From a virus (lineage: Duplodnaviria; Caudoviricetes), in IMG/VR virus record IMGVR_UViG_3300037424_000723, positions 13,331 to 77,330 of that record: a stretch of DNA of 64,000 nucleotides. One strand, written 5' to 3'. This document shows, one piece after another, positions 46,634 through 58,300 of this stretch. How positions within the stretch are numbered: the stretch's first letter is position 1; every line of letters begins with the position of its first letter. Below the pieces are notes generated by a model, which had not been told where the DNA came from, did no database searches, and worked only from the letters and a program-made list of their open reading frames with translations. Both the position numbers and the translations under genes were made by a program.

Positions 46634-49398
46634 GTGAGCGCAAAATCTTATCCTTATAGTTTGAGCAATATTCCCGGCAGTTGGAAGTACTTGCAAACGG
46701 CCGAGGAACCAAAGGCCAGTTTCGTTTGTCCAGATTGTGAAGAACGCAAATATCTACTAGATCATAGTGTCAATAGTGATGGAGCAGTATCCCCTAGCGT
46801 AATTTGTGATTGCGATTTTCACGAATGGATTGTCTTGGAAGGATGGAACCCTGATGGCAACGCATTGTGATATAGGAATATCTCCAAAGGTGGCCTCAGT
46901 CCTGGCTATAAAACCAACGATAGATTATTTGTGTAATGACTACTCAGATGGCGGTAGTAGCATCAGACAATCAGATGTTGATTTCGATTGGACATTGCCC
47001 GCCGCCGTTGATTGTCCGAAATGTATTAGGGTACGTGATTTGTGGCGAGGTGGGAAAACACTGAAGCAGGCTCGTAAAATTGTAAAATCATCCCCCGCCC
47101 AGCTAGAAGCCGGGATGGGAGCGACCAAACTTTAGAGAGGAGTAGGTAAGCCTTGCTCCTCCCCTGAGAATATCTCAGGGGTTTCCGCAAGGCTGGAAAT
47201 CTATGAGCAAACGAATTAACGCAGTAGTAACAGATGCTAAGTTTGATTTTATCGAAAGTGTCTCAAAAGGTAATCGCTCATTTGTTATCAACGAGGCACT
47301 GCGGGCGTTATTTGAAATGCAGCGTCTTTTTGGGATAACGACTTGGGGCGACAAATGCTTGATTGCTTACGAGATTATGTTGCTCTTTTCCGGCTCTCTC
47401 GCCGAGGCACAAGAGGCGCGGCAGGCGCTGGCAAGGCTACAGCAGTTATACCCGAAGAAGTGGCAGGAATTGATAAAGGATGGTAAATGATGACTAAAAC
47501 CCCCTACACTAAGCGCACGTTGCCAGATACCCCCATAAAAAAGGGGCAATGCTGGTACTCTAACAGTGACAACCGACGTATATTGCTCATTGAGCGTGTT
47601 GATATTGGCACGTTCAAAGCCTACGGAATCAACACAAAAACACTTCGCCCATTTGCCATTTCTATCCTGCGATTTGGCAGCGGTCGAGCAAGCGGGTTTA
47701 GCTTGCTAACGAGAGGTGAATGATGGCGATTGAGCTTAAATTAAACAGTGGCAAAATGAGAACAAGGGCCCGGGGGGAAGATTGGGAATGGTATACAGCT
47801 ACTGTCAATTTACTGGTGGTAATCCACGCCCACAACCGAACTGATACCGGACGCTGGGCATACGTTATCGGTTCATTGGCTGAATTGAAAAGCAAAAATA
47901 CCTATGTTGATAAAAATGAGGCGTATAAGGTAGTCATACAACGCCTCAAAATATTAGTGGAAGATTTATTAGCCGAGGTGAATGATGCACAATAAGCTAC
48001 CCACCCTGCTCGCTGAATTAAGCGAGCGAGCACCGGATGTGTGTAAATCGCTGGCCGGCTGTTATGAGATCGGTGTATACCGTTTTTGGATAGGTGGCTA
48101 TGATGAGCTATACGCCGTTGTTTTTGATGATAATTCCTATGCTGTAGGCCAACCCGCCCTAGACTGGTTGCAGGGCGCCCTGCAACGTGCGATTGAGGCG
48201 CGGGGGTGGTACTTTCTCATAGAGCGATGGCCCGACGAGGCGAGAGTAAAATTGGTACTGTTGCCATCTGGACAGCAACGGCATGCTGATGCCCCCCATA
48301 CAACAGTGGCACTACTAGCCGCCCTGGTGGCGGCGTTAAAGAGCGAGGTAAAATGACGTTGTTCAAAATAGGTGAACCGGTAACGTGGACTTCAACTGCG
48401 TCCGGGGTTGACAAGACAAAGCGGGGCGAGGTTTTGGTGATTATACCTGCCTTTACTCGCCCTTACAAGGTTATGTATAGATTTAGTCCCCAATGGCAGA
48501 CAAAGTACCACAATATCAGTGTGCCAGGCTATGGTATTTTACCCCGTAATCATGAGAGCTATGTAATCGCAGTACCGGCCAAAACCAGCAAGGGCAAAAC
48601 TAAACTGTATTGGCCGGTTGTGAGTTTGTTGGAAGAGGTGAATGATGCCTTACGATAGCGAAGTGAGCCGCTTACAAGGTGAGATAACCCAGCTTGAAAA
48701 AGAGATAGAGGCAATCCAAAATGCTATCGAGTATGTAAAATCTTACAGCGTAAAGCCTACTACATATTTATATAGCACTATCAACCGTTTAAAAGACAAC
48801 TTGGAGCATAAACAAATGAAGCTGTCAACACATCGGCAGCACACAAAGGAAAGTGGGGTAAAGTATTAATGCCCAGCGTCATATCACTACAGGCTAGAAT
48901 CTTACGGGTAAATCACATTTACTTATCTCATTACGTGTCTGGTTTTGATGACAATTTTGATATTCGGTTAAGTCAAAAACTAGCTGAGTTTGATTACCTG
49001 GATTTGTCTACCATTAAAAAGGTAGTCAAAAATATTAAGACAAACTTCTTTAGAGTCCATAAAGTAAATCGGGAACAATACGCACAACGATTATTTGATG
49101 ACTTAAGAGCTTGCGAGTTGCCAGGTGAGCAACCCAAAAAAGAGAAGGGTAAAGTAAAAAGATGACTAAAAAAGAAATTCAGCAACTAATGGCAATTGTT
49201 AGGCCGGCAATTATCGCGGTACATGGCCGTCAACCATTGACCTTAATCGGCTATGAGATTGGCTTGATTTATCAAAATACTACCAAGTGTTACCAATTAG
49301 CAGTAGATGGCAAAGATGGCAATAAGTTCTTTGTCGAGTTGGTAAACGACAAAAACAAAGTACCGCAGGTAACGCGGTTAGGGAAGGTGGGAGAATGA
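46634..49398 (+). other. Cluster of small hypothetical ORFs, including an RHH-like protein at 47203..47490
   Basis: Coupled ORFs; MSKRINAVVTDAKFDFIESVSKGNRSFVINEALR resembles an RHH. Confidence 0.6.
47157..47199 (+). repeat. Twin-hairpin repeat, copy 2
   Basis: tcctCCCCTGAGaatatCTCAGGGGtTTCCgcaaggctGGAAA. Confidence 0.75.
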
Positions 49399-50240
49399 GC
49401 AATATTCAACTCGAAAAACAGTATCCATTTTCTAGGCCTGGTTTAACTCTGCAAATTTTCATACTTGGTCTAATCGTTGTCAGCGGCTTAATCGCTCTGT
49501 TCTTTGCCGCTTTCCACGCCTTTAGATTGGTTGCGGAACCCACTCAGGCTTTTTTCGCCGCGCTGGTAATCGAAGCCGGCCTGATTGCCGAATGTCTGGC
49601 TATCATCAATAAGCCCCGCTCGGTTGCGCCCTGGTTGGGTTTGGTCATTAGCTACGTGGTATCAGGCACTTACAACTATACTCAGGCAGCAAAAGCTGGA
49701 GAAGGGTTGGGCGGTTGGGAGTTGGGCGCGTTGGCCTTTGGCCCGCTATCTGCGCTGGCTGTTGTCTCGCTTGCTTTTGGTAATGAGTTAAGAAGCTACC
49801 AGGAGCGGGTGGAAGATTGGAGCAAGACGCGGGCCGGTTGGGTGGAAGGTGAGTGGAGAAGATTAGAGACTTTGGCAACCGAAAGGGAACAAAAGCGGCT
49901 AGAAGTTGAAGCGCAACAGAAGCAAGCTCAACTCGAATTACAGGCAAAACAAAAACAAGCCCAGCTCGAAGCGGAGCAAAAACACGCCGAAAAAATGGCG
50001 AGAATTGAAGCGAAAAAAGATAAAAAAGTAACGCGAAATAAACCAACTAAAAAGCGAATCTCAAAGATAGAGAAGCGTGAAATATCAATCAGTATAATCC
50101 GCGAAAATCCGTTAATTTCGGGTGCTGAATTAGGACGGCAATTAGGTTCAAGCGAACGCACTGGACAAACAATTTTGAATGAACTTACCGAGGCCGGCGC
50201 AATCCATCGCAATGGATCGGGCTGGCAGGTGCTGCGATGA
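49395..50240 (+). CDS. Multi-TM membrane protein with coiled coil and C-terminal wHTH (DUF2637-like architecture)
   Basis: Three to four hydrophobic segments, a Q/E/K-rich coil and ISGAELGRQLGSSERTGQTILNEL. Confidence 0.6.
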   Translation: MSNIQLEKQYPFSRPGLTLQIFILGLIVVSGLIALFFAAFHAFRLVAEPTQAFFAALVIEAGLIAECLAIINKPRSVAPWLGLVISYVVSGTYNYTQAAKAGEGLGGWELGALAFGPLSALAVVSLAFGNELRSYQERVEDWSKTRAGWVEGEWRRLETLATEREQKRLEVEAQQKQAQLELQAKQKQAQLEAEQKHAEKMARIEAKKDKKVTRNKPTKKRISKIEKREISISIIRENPLISGAELGRQLGSSERTGQTILNELTEAGAIHRNGSGWQVLR

Positions 50241-50947
50241 GCAACATCTATGACGAATTATCCAAAGGTGAGGTATTCGGCTTCATTGACCCCCTCATAG
50301 CTGAAATTCAGCACTACATCAAAGGTCCCTCAACCGTGTTGAGCGTACCGGCCAGCGTGTGGAGCCGGGGCGATGTCCGCAAGTTCCTAAAGTCCAAAGG
50401 GTTAGACGCGTGGGGATTCGTGCTTATCGGGGATGACATCACATTCAGCGTTAAAAAGCAACAGGCTAAGTTGATCGAGATGTTGCTCAAAGATAATCAG
50501 CCGCCAGTTAAAAAGGGCTGGTGGGCATGGTGACAATGCAAAATACAACTAACTGGCAATTTAGCGATATGCCAACCGCACAAATTATCTATATCCGCCT
50601 TGATGCCATTAACGAGGTAACTGAGGCGATTATATTGATGTTAGGCGCAACTATCCGATTATTTGATAGCCTGAATAGATTACTGCAATTAACACTCGTT
50701 TTAATCGCCATTGTGTTGGAATGTGCTGAGATGGCAGTATCGGTTTGCAATCGGATTTATAGGGTTTATGCAGAGATTGACAGGCAATTAGTGAGGTGGT
50801 TTAGTCGGCTGGTCTATGTGCCAGTGTATCGGGGGATAGGCTAATGGACTTCGCAATCATCATAGCCACTTGCATCTGTTCGATTGGAGCTATCGCCGGA
50901 ATTGTGATTTTTATTATGGCTATTTTGTATATTGTGGATAAATTTTA

Positions 50948-52186
50948 ATGCTCACTCGCCTGATAATTGCCCTTACCATAATCACCATAGCCATCTGCGT
51001 TATATTCTCAGATGTGATCTCGGTATGGCTGCAAGTGGTAGCAATAATTATAGCGGTATTTTTGATGGGGGTTTCAGGTATCACCTTATGGATAGGCACA
51101 GAACGTGCCCGCAGCGAGAGAGAAGATAGATTATTGAAAGAAAATCAGCGCAAGGCAGCAGGGTTTACAACCCAGATAGACGGGTACGGGATGCTACATT
51201 TGATAAATATTATCAATGGACATACTCAAAATCTAACCCTTGACGCCAGAGCATACCGAAATGGGCATTATGAAGCGCCTACCCCCGATGAGGTAAAAAC
51301 CTTACACGCTATTTTAGCGTCTCGCCATTCTACTACTACCCCAAAAATGGTAGTAGAAGGCTCTACTACCGCTATTTCTCAGGTAGTAGAGGTTGATCTA
51401 CTGGCTATTTTCACTCAGCCTTCGCAAAGTTACGCTTTCATTGCCGGTCAACAGGTGGGTAAAACGTTCCAGGCCCGGCGCATTGCTCAACACTGGATTA
51501 ACTCAGGCATTACCCCTATTGTTATCGCCCCAAAATGGGATCGTGGGGAATGGGAAGGTTGTCGGTTATTTGGGGGTGAATATGATTTTGATAAAGTGGC
51601 CGGGGGGATGCGCCGGATTGAATACCTTGCCCAAACTCGCCATGCTAACAAAGAGATGAGCCACAAAGAACACCCTTTGCAACCCGTGTTTTTTGATGAT
51701 TGGACGGGCATCAGGGCGAAATTAGAACAGGATGCGGAGAAGTTTATAGTTGATGCCACCACGTTTTACGCCTCGGTAAATATCATCCTGTATTTTATGC
51801 TACACGCTGACACAGCAGCAACCTGGGGCGTTGGCAAGGTAGGGGCAGCCCTACATCAGAATTTTATCAAGCTATTTATTGAGCCAGGATTCAATGAGGC
51901 CGGAATGATTGACCGTACCCGAAATGTTGGCTGGCTCCTGATGGCAGGGCAGAGCAAAAAAGACCGGCGTCAAGTACGCTTGTTTAATGGTGTGGGGCAG
52001 CCGCTATTGATACCAGACTATGTAAATCAGCCAGTGACAATACAACCCCGTGATAGTGACGCGTTATTTGTTGATCTGGTAAAAATCGGTAGAAGTCGCA
52101 ATGAAGCCAGCCTAGAAGCGTGGGGGAGAACCTACGCCGGTAACTTGGTTGAGCGTGGTAAACGATTACTAGGGGAAATAGAATGA
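50948..52186 (+). CDS. Membrane-anchored P-loop ATPase (FtsK/TraB-like, divergent)
   Basis: Two N-terminal TM helices, AGQQVGKT Walker A and VFFDDW Walker B. Confidence 0.55.
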   Translation: MLTRLIIALTIITIAICVIFSDVISVWLQVVAIIIAVFLMGVSGITLWIGTERARSEREDRLLKENQRKAAGFTTQIDGYGMLHLINIINGHTQNLTLDARAYRNGHYEAPTPDEVKTLHAILASRHSTTTPKMVVEGSTTAISQVVEVDLLAIFTQPSQSYAFIAGQQVGKTFQARRIAQHWINSGITPIVIAPKWDRGEWEGCRLFGGEYDFDKVAGGMRRIEYLAQTRHANKEMSHKEHPLQPVFFDDWTGIRAKLEQDAEKFIVDATTFYASVNIILYFMLHADTAATWGVGKVGAALHQNFIKLFIEPGFNEAGMIDRTRNVGWLLMAGQSKKDRRQVRLFNGVGQPLLIPDYVNQPVTIQPRDSDALFVDLVKIGRSRNEASLEAWGRTYAGNLVERGKRLLGEIE

Positions 52187-52810
52187 CAAAGACCTATATC
52201 ACCATAACTATTTTAACAACGATGTTTTTTCAATTTGGCCTAACGTATTTTATCGGCATCTCATTACAGCATGACACTGGATTATGGTCAGTTATCACGA
52301 TTGCCTATTCCGTTGCATTGCCCTTTTGGTCACATCCCTTAGATGACTGGATTCACTTTCAAATCACCCTACACAAAGAACGCATCCAGCGCCGCCGGAA
52401 TTATGAACTATTCCGGGACGGTGTTAAATCCGGCTTAATTGCCACCGATGAGCAGTTCGATAGTGAGGCGAGGAAGGTGATTAAATGAAAATATTATTAT
52501 GGAAATGGCAACTATCAATTGAGATTACCCCCAAAGATAGGTACTATGAAATTATTGGGGGTTATACGGGAACCGTTATAGGTTGGACTTCTGACCCAGA
52601 GGGGGTTTTGGAAGAAGAACCTAAGGCAACCTTTAGGGAGATTAGTAAGCGTGAATACGAGAAACGCATAAGCGAATAACGGTTCGCTTTTGCAAGAGGG
52701 CAAAGTACCATGAGGCATTTTATTAAGTACTAATTGCTGATGACATACCCCTCATAATCGGTTATACTGAGGTCATAAGTAAATCAGTAGCAACTCAGGA
52801 GCAACGAAAA

Positions 52811-53895
52811 ATGAGCGCCACAACATACGATGCAAACGGAAACCAAGTAGGTAGCACATCTGGCATTTGCGCTCGTTGTGGCGCTCATATCAAGCACATT
52901 TTTACCTGGGACGGTCAAACCTACGGCTCTGAGTGTATCGAAGTTGTAACCGGCATTGGTCGAGATTATCAGGTTTTTAATGGTCGTAATCTGGATTTAG
53001 AAGCCAGCAAAGCCCGTAAGGCTCAGGCTGAAACTGATAAAGCTACTCGCCTCGCTGCTTATGAGGCCAAACGCCAGGCTGCCCGTGAAGTTCAGCAAGC
53101 TAACGTCAAGCGTTTTGAAGAAATAATTTACCTCCTAGAAAATAGCTCAGGTGACTTTTGCGCCTCGGTAGCTTGCCAAATTAAGCAAGCTGAATATTCA
53201 ACCGAACTTTACAATATCTTGAGTGATAGAGCTTTTGAGATAGTTAGCGAGATTTACGGCAAGACAGCAGGCCGCAAAGGTAGCAAGGGCTATGAGGCCA
53301 GAGTAAACGAGTTTTACCAAAAATACGGAGAGAAGAAGGAATAACCCCCCCCGGCGCTATCTGGGCAACAGGAGTAATGTGATGTTTTACGTAGAATTTC
53401 CCAAAAATGAAGGTATAGATTTTGACGGCGGTTTTGAATTTGAGTACCTGGCAAACGGCGGGGTTAAGGTTTACCCAATCTCACCAGAGGGTGAACCGTT
53501 CCGAGTATCACGAAAGATTTATGCCCAGATGTGTCAATATGCCAGAAATCAATTGCCGGGGTTGCAAGCCGAATGTGATGCAATGATGGCAGAAAGTAAG
53601 TATTAAAATGAATAACCCTACCTGCCCCCTATGCCACGCAGACAACCCGCAACCCGCAACCTTGATAGTTGGCAGCAGGCGCAAAGGTGACGGCTGGGAA
53701 GCGTATACCGGTTATGTCTGCGAGGTTCACGATCAAGAGTATCGTGAACTGATGCGAGTTACCAAACCTTGCCCGATGTGCAAAGAGCCAATGATTGCAA
53801 TCGGTGAAATATTTACCATTGCCGATGAGCCACAAAGTTGGCTACGGTGCGCCAAAGGACATTATAATTTATACTCAGATAAAGCTATTGAGTGA
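52811..53895 (+). other. Small operon of three hypothetical genes behind a repeated promoter/RBS module
   Basis: 52811..53344 (CARC...SEC), 53379..53606 and 53608..53895 (Cys-rich). Confidence 0.6.
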
Positions 53896-54307
53896 GGTAC
53901 ATGTACTAAGGAGATTACAATGAAAACCAAACAGCAAGCTGCCAAACAAGAATACACTGATTACCTTGAAGCCATCCGCAACCGGCTTACCGCTTTACAA
54001 AATGATGTTGCCTCAGCCATGGGCGATTGATGCTATTATAAATATTCTGGAAGAGGTAAGAGATACCAAGTCGCTATAACAGGCGGCTTTTTTGTTACCC
54101 CCCTCCCGGCTAATCCTCCAAAACCGCTTCCCTGGCAACTAACGCCAGGCCCATTAGCAAAACAAGACCAGATGTGCTATAATACATATGTCACCCAAAG
54201 TAAGATAATTGCTTAAAATATGCCGATGTGCTATTGTTAGTTTAGCGCCTTTGGCCCGCTTACTTTGGGTGACACTTAAGTTGAGCAATGGGCCGGAGGT
54301 GCTTTTT

Positions 54308-55108
54308 ATGTTGCAAGTAATTGGGATTTATCGGATCACTAATAAGATAAACGGCAAGGTCTATATTGGAAGTTCTGCCAATATTCCACAAAGGCTAAAG
54401 AACCATTTAGCGGAATTACGTAATGGTCATCATCGCAATGGACATCTACAAAACGCTTTCAGGCTTTACGGGGAAACGGCCTTTGATTTTGGCGTAGTAG
54501 AATACACTGGTGACGTTTCTGATTTAATACCTCGCGAGCAATACTGGATTGACAGCATCGGGTCTGACAAGCTTTACAATATTTGCCTCGTTGCCGATAT
54601 ACCTCCAAGTTGGAAAGGTAAAACTATATCCCTTGAATCAAGGACGAAAATATCACTTGCGAATACAGGAAAGATTCGCACGCCAGAACAAAATCAGAGA
54701 AACTCACTTGCGCGTAAAGGACGGGTATCGGTCAATAAAAAGCCGGTAAAGCAAATTGACCTAACCACTGGCAATGTCGTGGCAACCTTCACCAGTGCAA
54801 CCGAGGCCGGATTCGCTCTTGGGCTAAAGTATCCTGAGAAAATAAGCGGTGCATGTCGAAGCGCGGGCCAAAAAACAGCAGGCTATCGGTGGAGGTATAT
54901 AGAGAACGAAATCCCAATAATCGAGAATACCTACAAAAGCAAAGCCGTAGAGCAAATTGACCCTGATACCGGGGAAGTGATAGCGACTTTCCTTAGCATT
55001 CTCAAAGCGGCCTCCGGGGTCGGATTAAATATCTCCGCTAATATATCTGCGGTCTGTAAAGGAAAACGAAAGACAGCGGCGGGTTACGGCTGGCGATACG
55101 CTTCTTAG
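54308..55108 (+). CDS. GIY-YIG homing endonuclease with NUMOD3/NUMOD1 repeats
   Basis: GIYRITNKINGKVYIGSS...R...H; two VKQID...TF.S...A....ISGAC/ISAVC...TAGYRW repeats. GGAGG RBS before ATG 54308. Confidence 0.92.
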   Translation: MLQVIGIYRITNKINGKVYIGSSANIPQRLKNHLAELRNGHHRNGHLQNAFRLYGETAFDFGVVEYTGDVSDLIPREQYWIDSIGSDKLYNICLVADIPPSWKGKTISLESRTKISLANTGKIRTPEQNQRNSLARKGRVSVNKKPVKQIDLTTGNVVATFTSATEAGFALGLKYPEKISGACRSAGQKTAGYRWRYIENEIPIIENTYKSKAVEQIDPDTGEVIATFLSILKAASGVGLNISANISAVCKGKRKTAAGYGWRYAS

Positions 55109-55361
55109 GTCAACCCTATTCCTCGGCAATGGATTCTCTTGATACCAATGTGTTACCTGTTAGTAGCCGCTTAAGTTTTGTTTTATTGGCGGCAGAACCG
55201 GACGTAAACAAGGCATCAACTAGGGCGATAATCTCACCTTCGAGCGCCGTTGAACTCAGCGTGAATATCTGCTTGGCATTAGGGTTGGCAGCCAGCCAGA
55301 TAAGGCGCTCGGCTTTGGCTTGCTCTTTGTCGGTTGTCAAAACTACGATCATTTCATCTCC

Positions 55362-58300
55362 TTAATATTCTGCCGTAACAACGGCAACTACTGAGGGACC
55401 AATTCTAAGGCTAGCAATGTCGCCAGCCGTACCGCTCCAACTTGTGCCGGCCGCAAAATCTATCCTGACATTATTGGTATTCGCTGCGCCGAAAGCGACG
55501 GTCAAAGCGCCGGTTATCGTAAAAAATGCGTTGGTTGTTTGGTCAACTAATCCGATAGTGGTAGTCCCCGGTGCGCCAGCTGTGTAGCCGGAGATATTTT
55601 GGGCCAGGGCGGTCGGGGCAACCCGCATGGTGGGTAGAGGAATGATTATCGAAACGTTTGTAGTTGAGGATTTGCGGCCAAATCCCAAATCCATGGCGTT
55701 GGATGATGGACTGAGCAAATAGGCATATCGCTGGCAAGCTGCGGTAAGCTCCTGGATTGTGCCGTAAGGGTTTGGTAACATTGGCCGGGCGTAAGGGCCC
55801 GGAACAGGATCACCCATAATTATCCTGAAATTATTGGCTATATCATCGCAGCCGTTGACCTGATTAGATGTAGCTATGAAATTGCCCGTTTCCCACGTTC
55901 CGGCGGTGGTTTGAAATGTTGAGCCACAGGCCAGGGCAACGGTGATTTGTAGCCCCGCGCCGGTGGTATAGTCCCAAGTCCCGGCACTGGGCGAAGCGGG
56001 TACTGTTACCGGGAAATACCCCCAGGCATCACTACCCGCCGCCGTAAATTCGGCAACGTAACTCCGATCGGTCCCACTGTTGCGAAATGCAATGCAATAG
56101 ACCCCGGCCTTTGTAGCTGCCACCCACATTGGAATGGTGAACTGCTGCTGCGCTATTTTGAGAAAATCATAACCCTCTAAAACCGTGCGAATAAAAACAG
56201 CATCCCCCGCCGCTATCGAGGCGTCAACAGTGGTGCAGTCAATGAGCATTGAGTATTCAAACAGGCTGCCAATCTGGGCAACACTAGGCACTGAGGTATC
56301 ACGGCTGAGGGTGTGAACCGCAACACTGCCCGTTTTGTGATAGCTAAACCGATCCGCGAAATATTGTCCCGTTGCCGCAGCCGCGAACGAAGTCCCACGC
56401 TGCCACACAAGGGGGTGTCCGTTCATTAAAATGGGAGGCGTGGGGGTTGGCATAATATTGGATCGGGGGTAAGTGCCTGAATTGTTTACCGTATTGTGAA
56501 CTAAAATCGTGCCGTAGGTTGCCAGTACACTACCGGCCCGCGAGGGGTAGACATCATAGGTGGAGCCGCTTATCTGGCCGCCGTAAATCTCACAAGCTCC
56601 GTCTGCTATCTGGTTGATATAGCCATAATTACCCGTGCCGCCGGATACGGTAATGGTCGGATTGTAAACCTTAGCCCCTACCCCGCCTTGTTGGTCAAGC
56701 CCTGAGTTTTGAAGCGGCGCACCAGAGGTGGTAATTGTTAGATTCCTCAGTACCACCCCGTCAACATTCCAGCGCACACCTGTTGCTGCCGCGCCCGCGC
56801 CCGAATTATTGATTATCAAATCATCCAGCATTGCCGCCGCTGTCAGATTAAAAATAGCGACATTGTTAGTCGAGGTGGCAAAAACTGTCTGCCCTAAAAA
56901 CCCTTTAATTGTTATGGCGACTGATACGGCAATATCAGCCGTTACGGTATACGTTCCTGGTCCGCATGTGATGACATCTCCGGCTGCCGCTGCTGCTAGT
57001 GCTGCTGCAAACGCCGCCGCCAAAGAGGTACTTGCGTAATGTGTTCTCAGTTCGGTGCTGGCATCTTCTAGCCAGACCCCGCCCGACATACCGGAGCCAT
57101 TGACAAAAATCTCATTGCCGTTTGCGTCAAAATACCAGCCCTTGACCGTGCCGGCAGCCACCGATAGCCCACCGCCTTTAAGTTGTGGCCCTTTGAGAAT
57201 CACCGTTGCACTGGCGTGATTTACTCGAATGTCGGCTGTGACTGCTGAAAATTGCCCACCCTCAATGACCACCGTTGAGGCGGCAGTATCAATCAAGACA
57301 CCGTATTTTGCGGTGCCGGCAGCCACCGATACGTCACAATCCTGAAGGATGTGACCCGACGAGTTGCCCCCAAAAATCCATATGCCTGCCGCCGTGGTTG
57401 CCGCGCCGGAGGTTTTGACCGTCCTTACGTGATCGTAAACTGAGCCATCTTGATTAGAGGTAATGCAACCGGCTAACGTACCCGCCGCCGTGTGAGCTAC
57501 CTGCATATAGCGCAAAATAACCCCGGCATTGGTGATCTTAAGCGTAAAATCATTACTGATTGAGCTTGTTATTTCCGGCTGCCCCATGCCGCCGGTGATT
57601 GTTATTCCAAGCACACTTAAAGTAGTGGCAGAGGCAGAGCTAAACTGCTCCGCATCAAGTACCAGGCCATCCCGAAAACCCAGCAGGCCGGAGGCGATAG
57701 CGGCGGCAATGCTGACAAAATCCGCATCGGGATCGGTGGTGGATATGCTCCAAATGCTGGCAAAGGGCCAACTACTAAAGCTATCTATATCAGTCCATAA
57801 AATGCGCCGGTTGGTAATATCATCAGCCAGACTGATGCTAGTTTGTGTATCATCTATCAATACGGTTGATAGCTGAAATGCACCATCGGGCCATGCCGGT
57901 TGTGGTGCGGTTGAGGCAATAGCGATAGAAGCGCCATAAATTACCTGTAAGGTATTGGATGCGTCAAGATACAGGCCGGCTAGATAATGCTCGCCCGGAT
58001 TCGGGTTTTGAGTAAGCGCAATCCCGACTTGCCCAGCAAAAGTGACACGCACCCCGGCGTAGACATAATCACCGCTTACGACATTTACAACCAGTCCTGT
58101 ATCATCAGGGTATGTTGCCAGGGGTATCATCAGTCGGGGGTCTAGCCATAAGCGCAACTCCCCCCCCACCTGTAAATCTTCCAATCCCAATGCTTCCCAA
58201 CTTCGGCCCGTCGTGCTGCTAGGTTGGAAAAATTCATAGTCAGTACGTAGCACTTCCTGAGTGCGAGAAAGCGGATCGGCATAACCAACAATGACACCTA

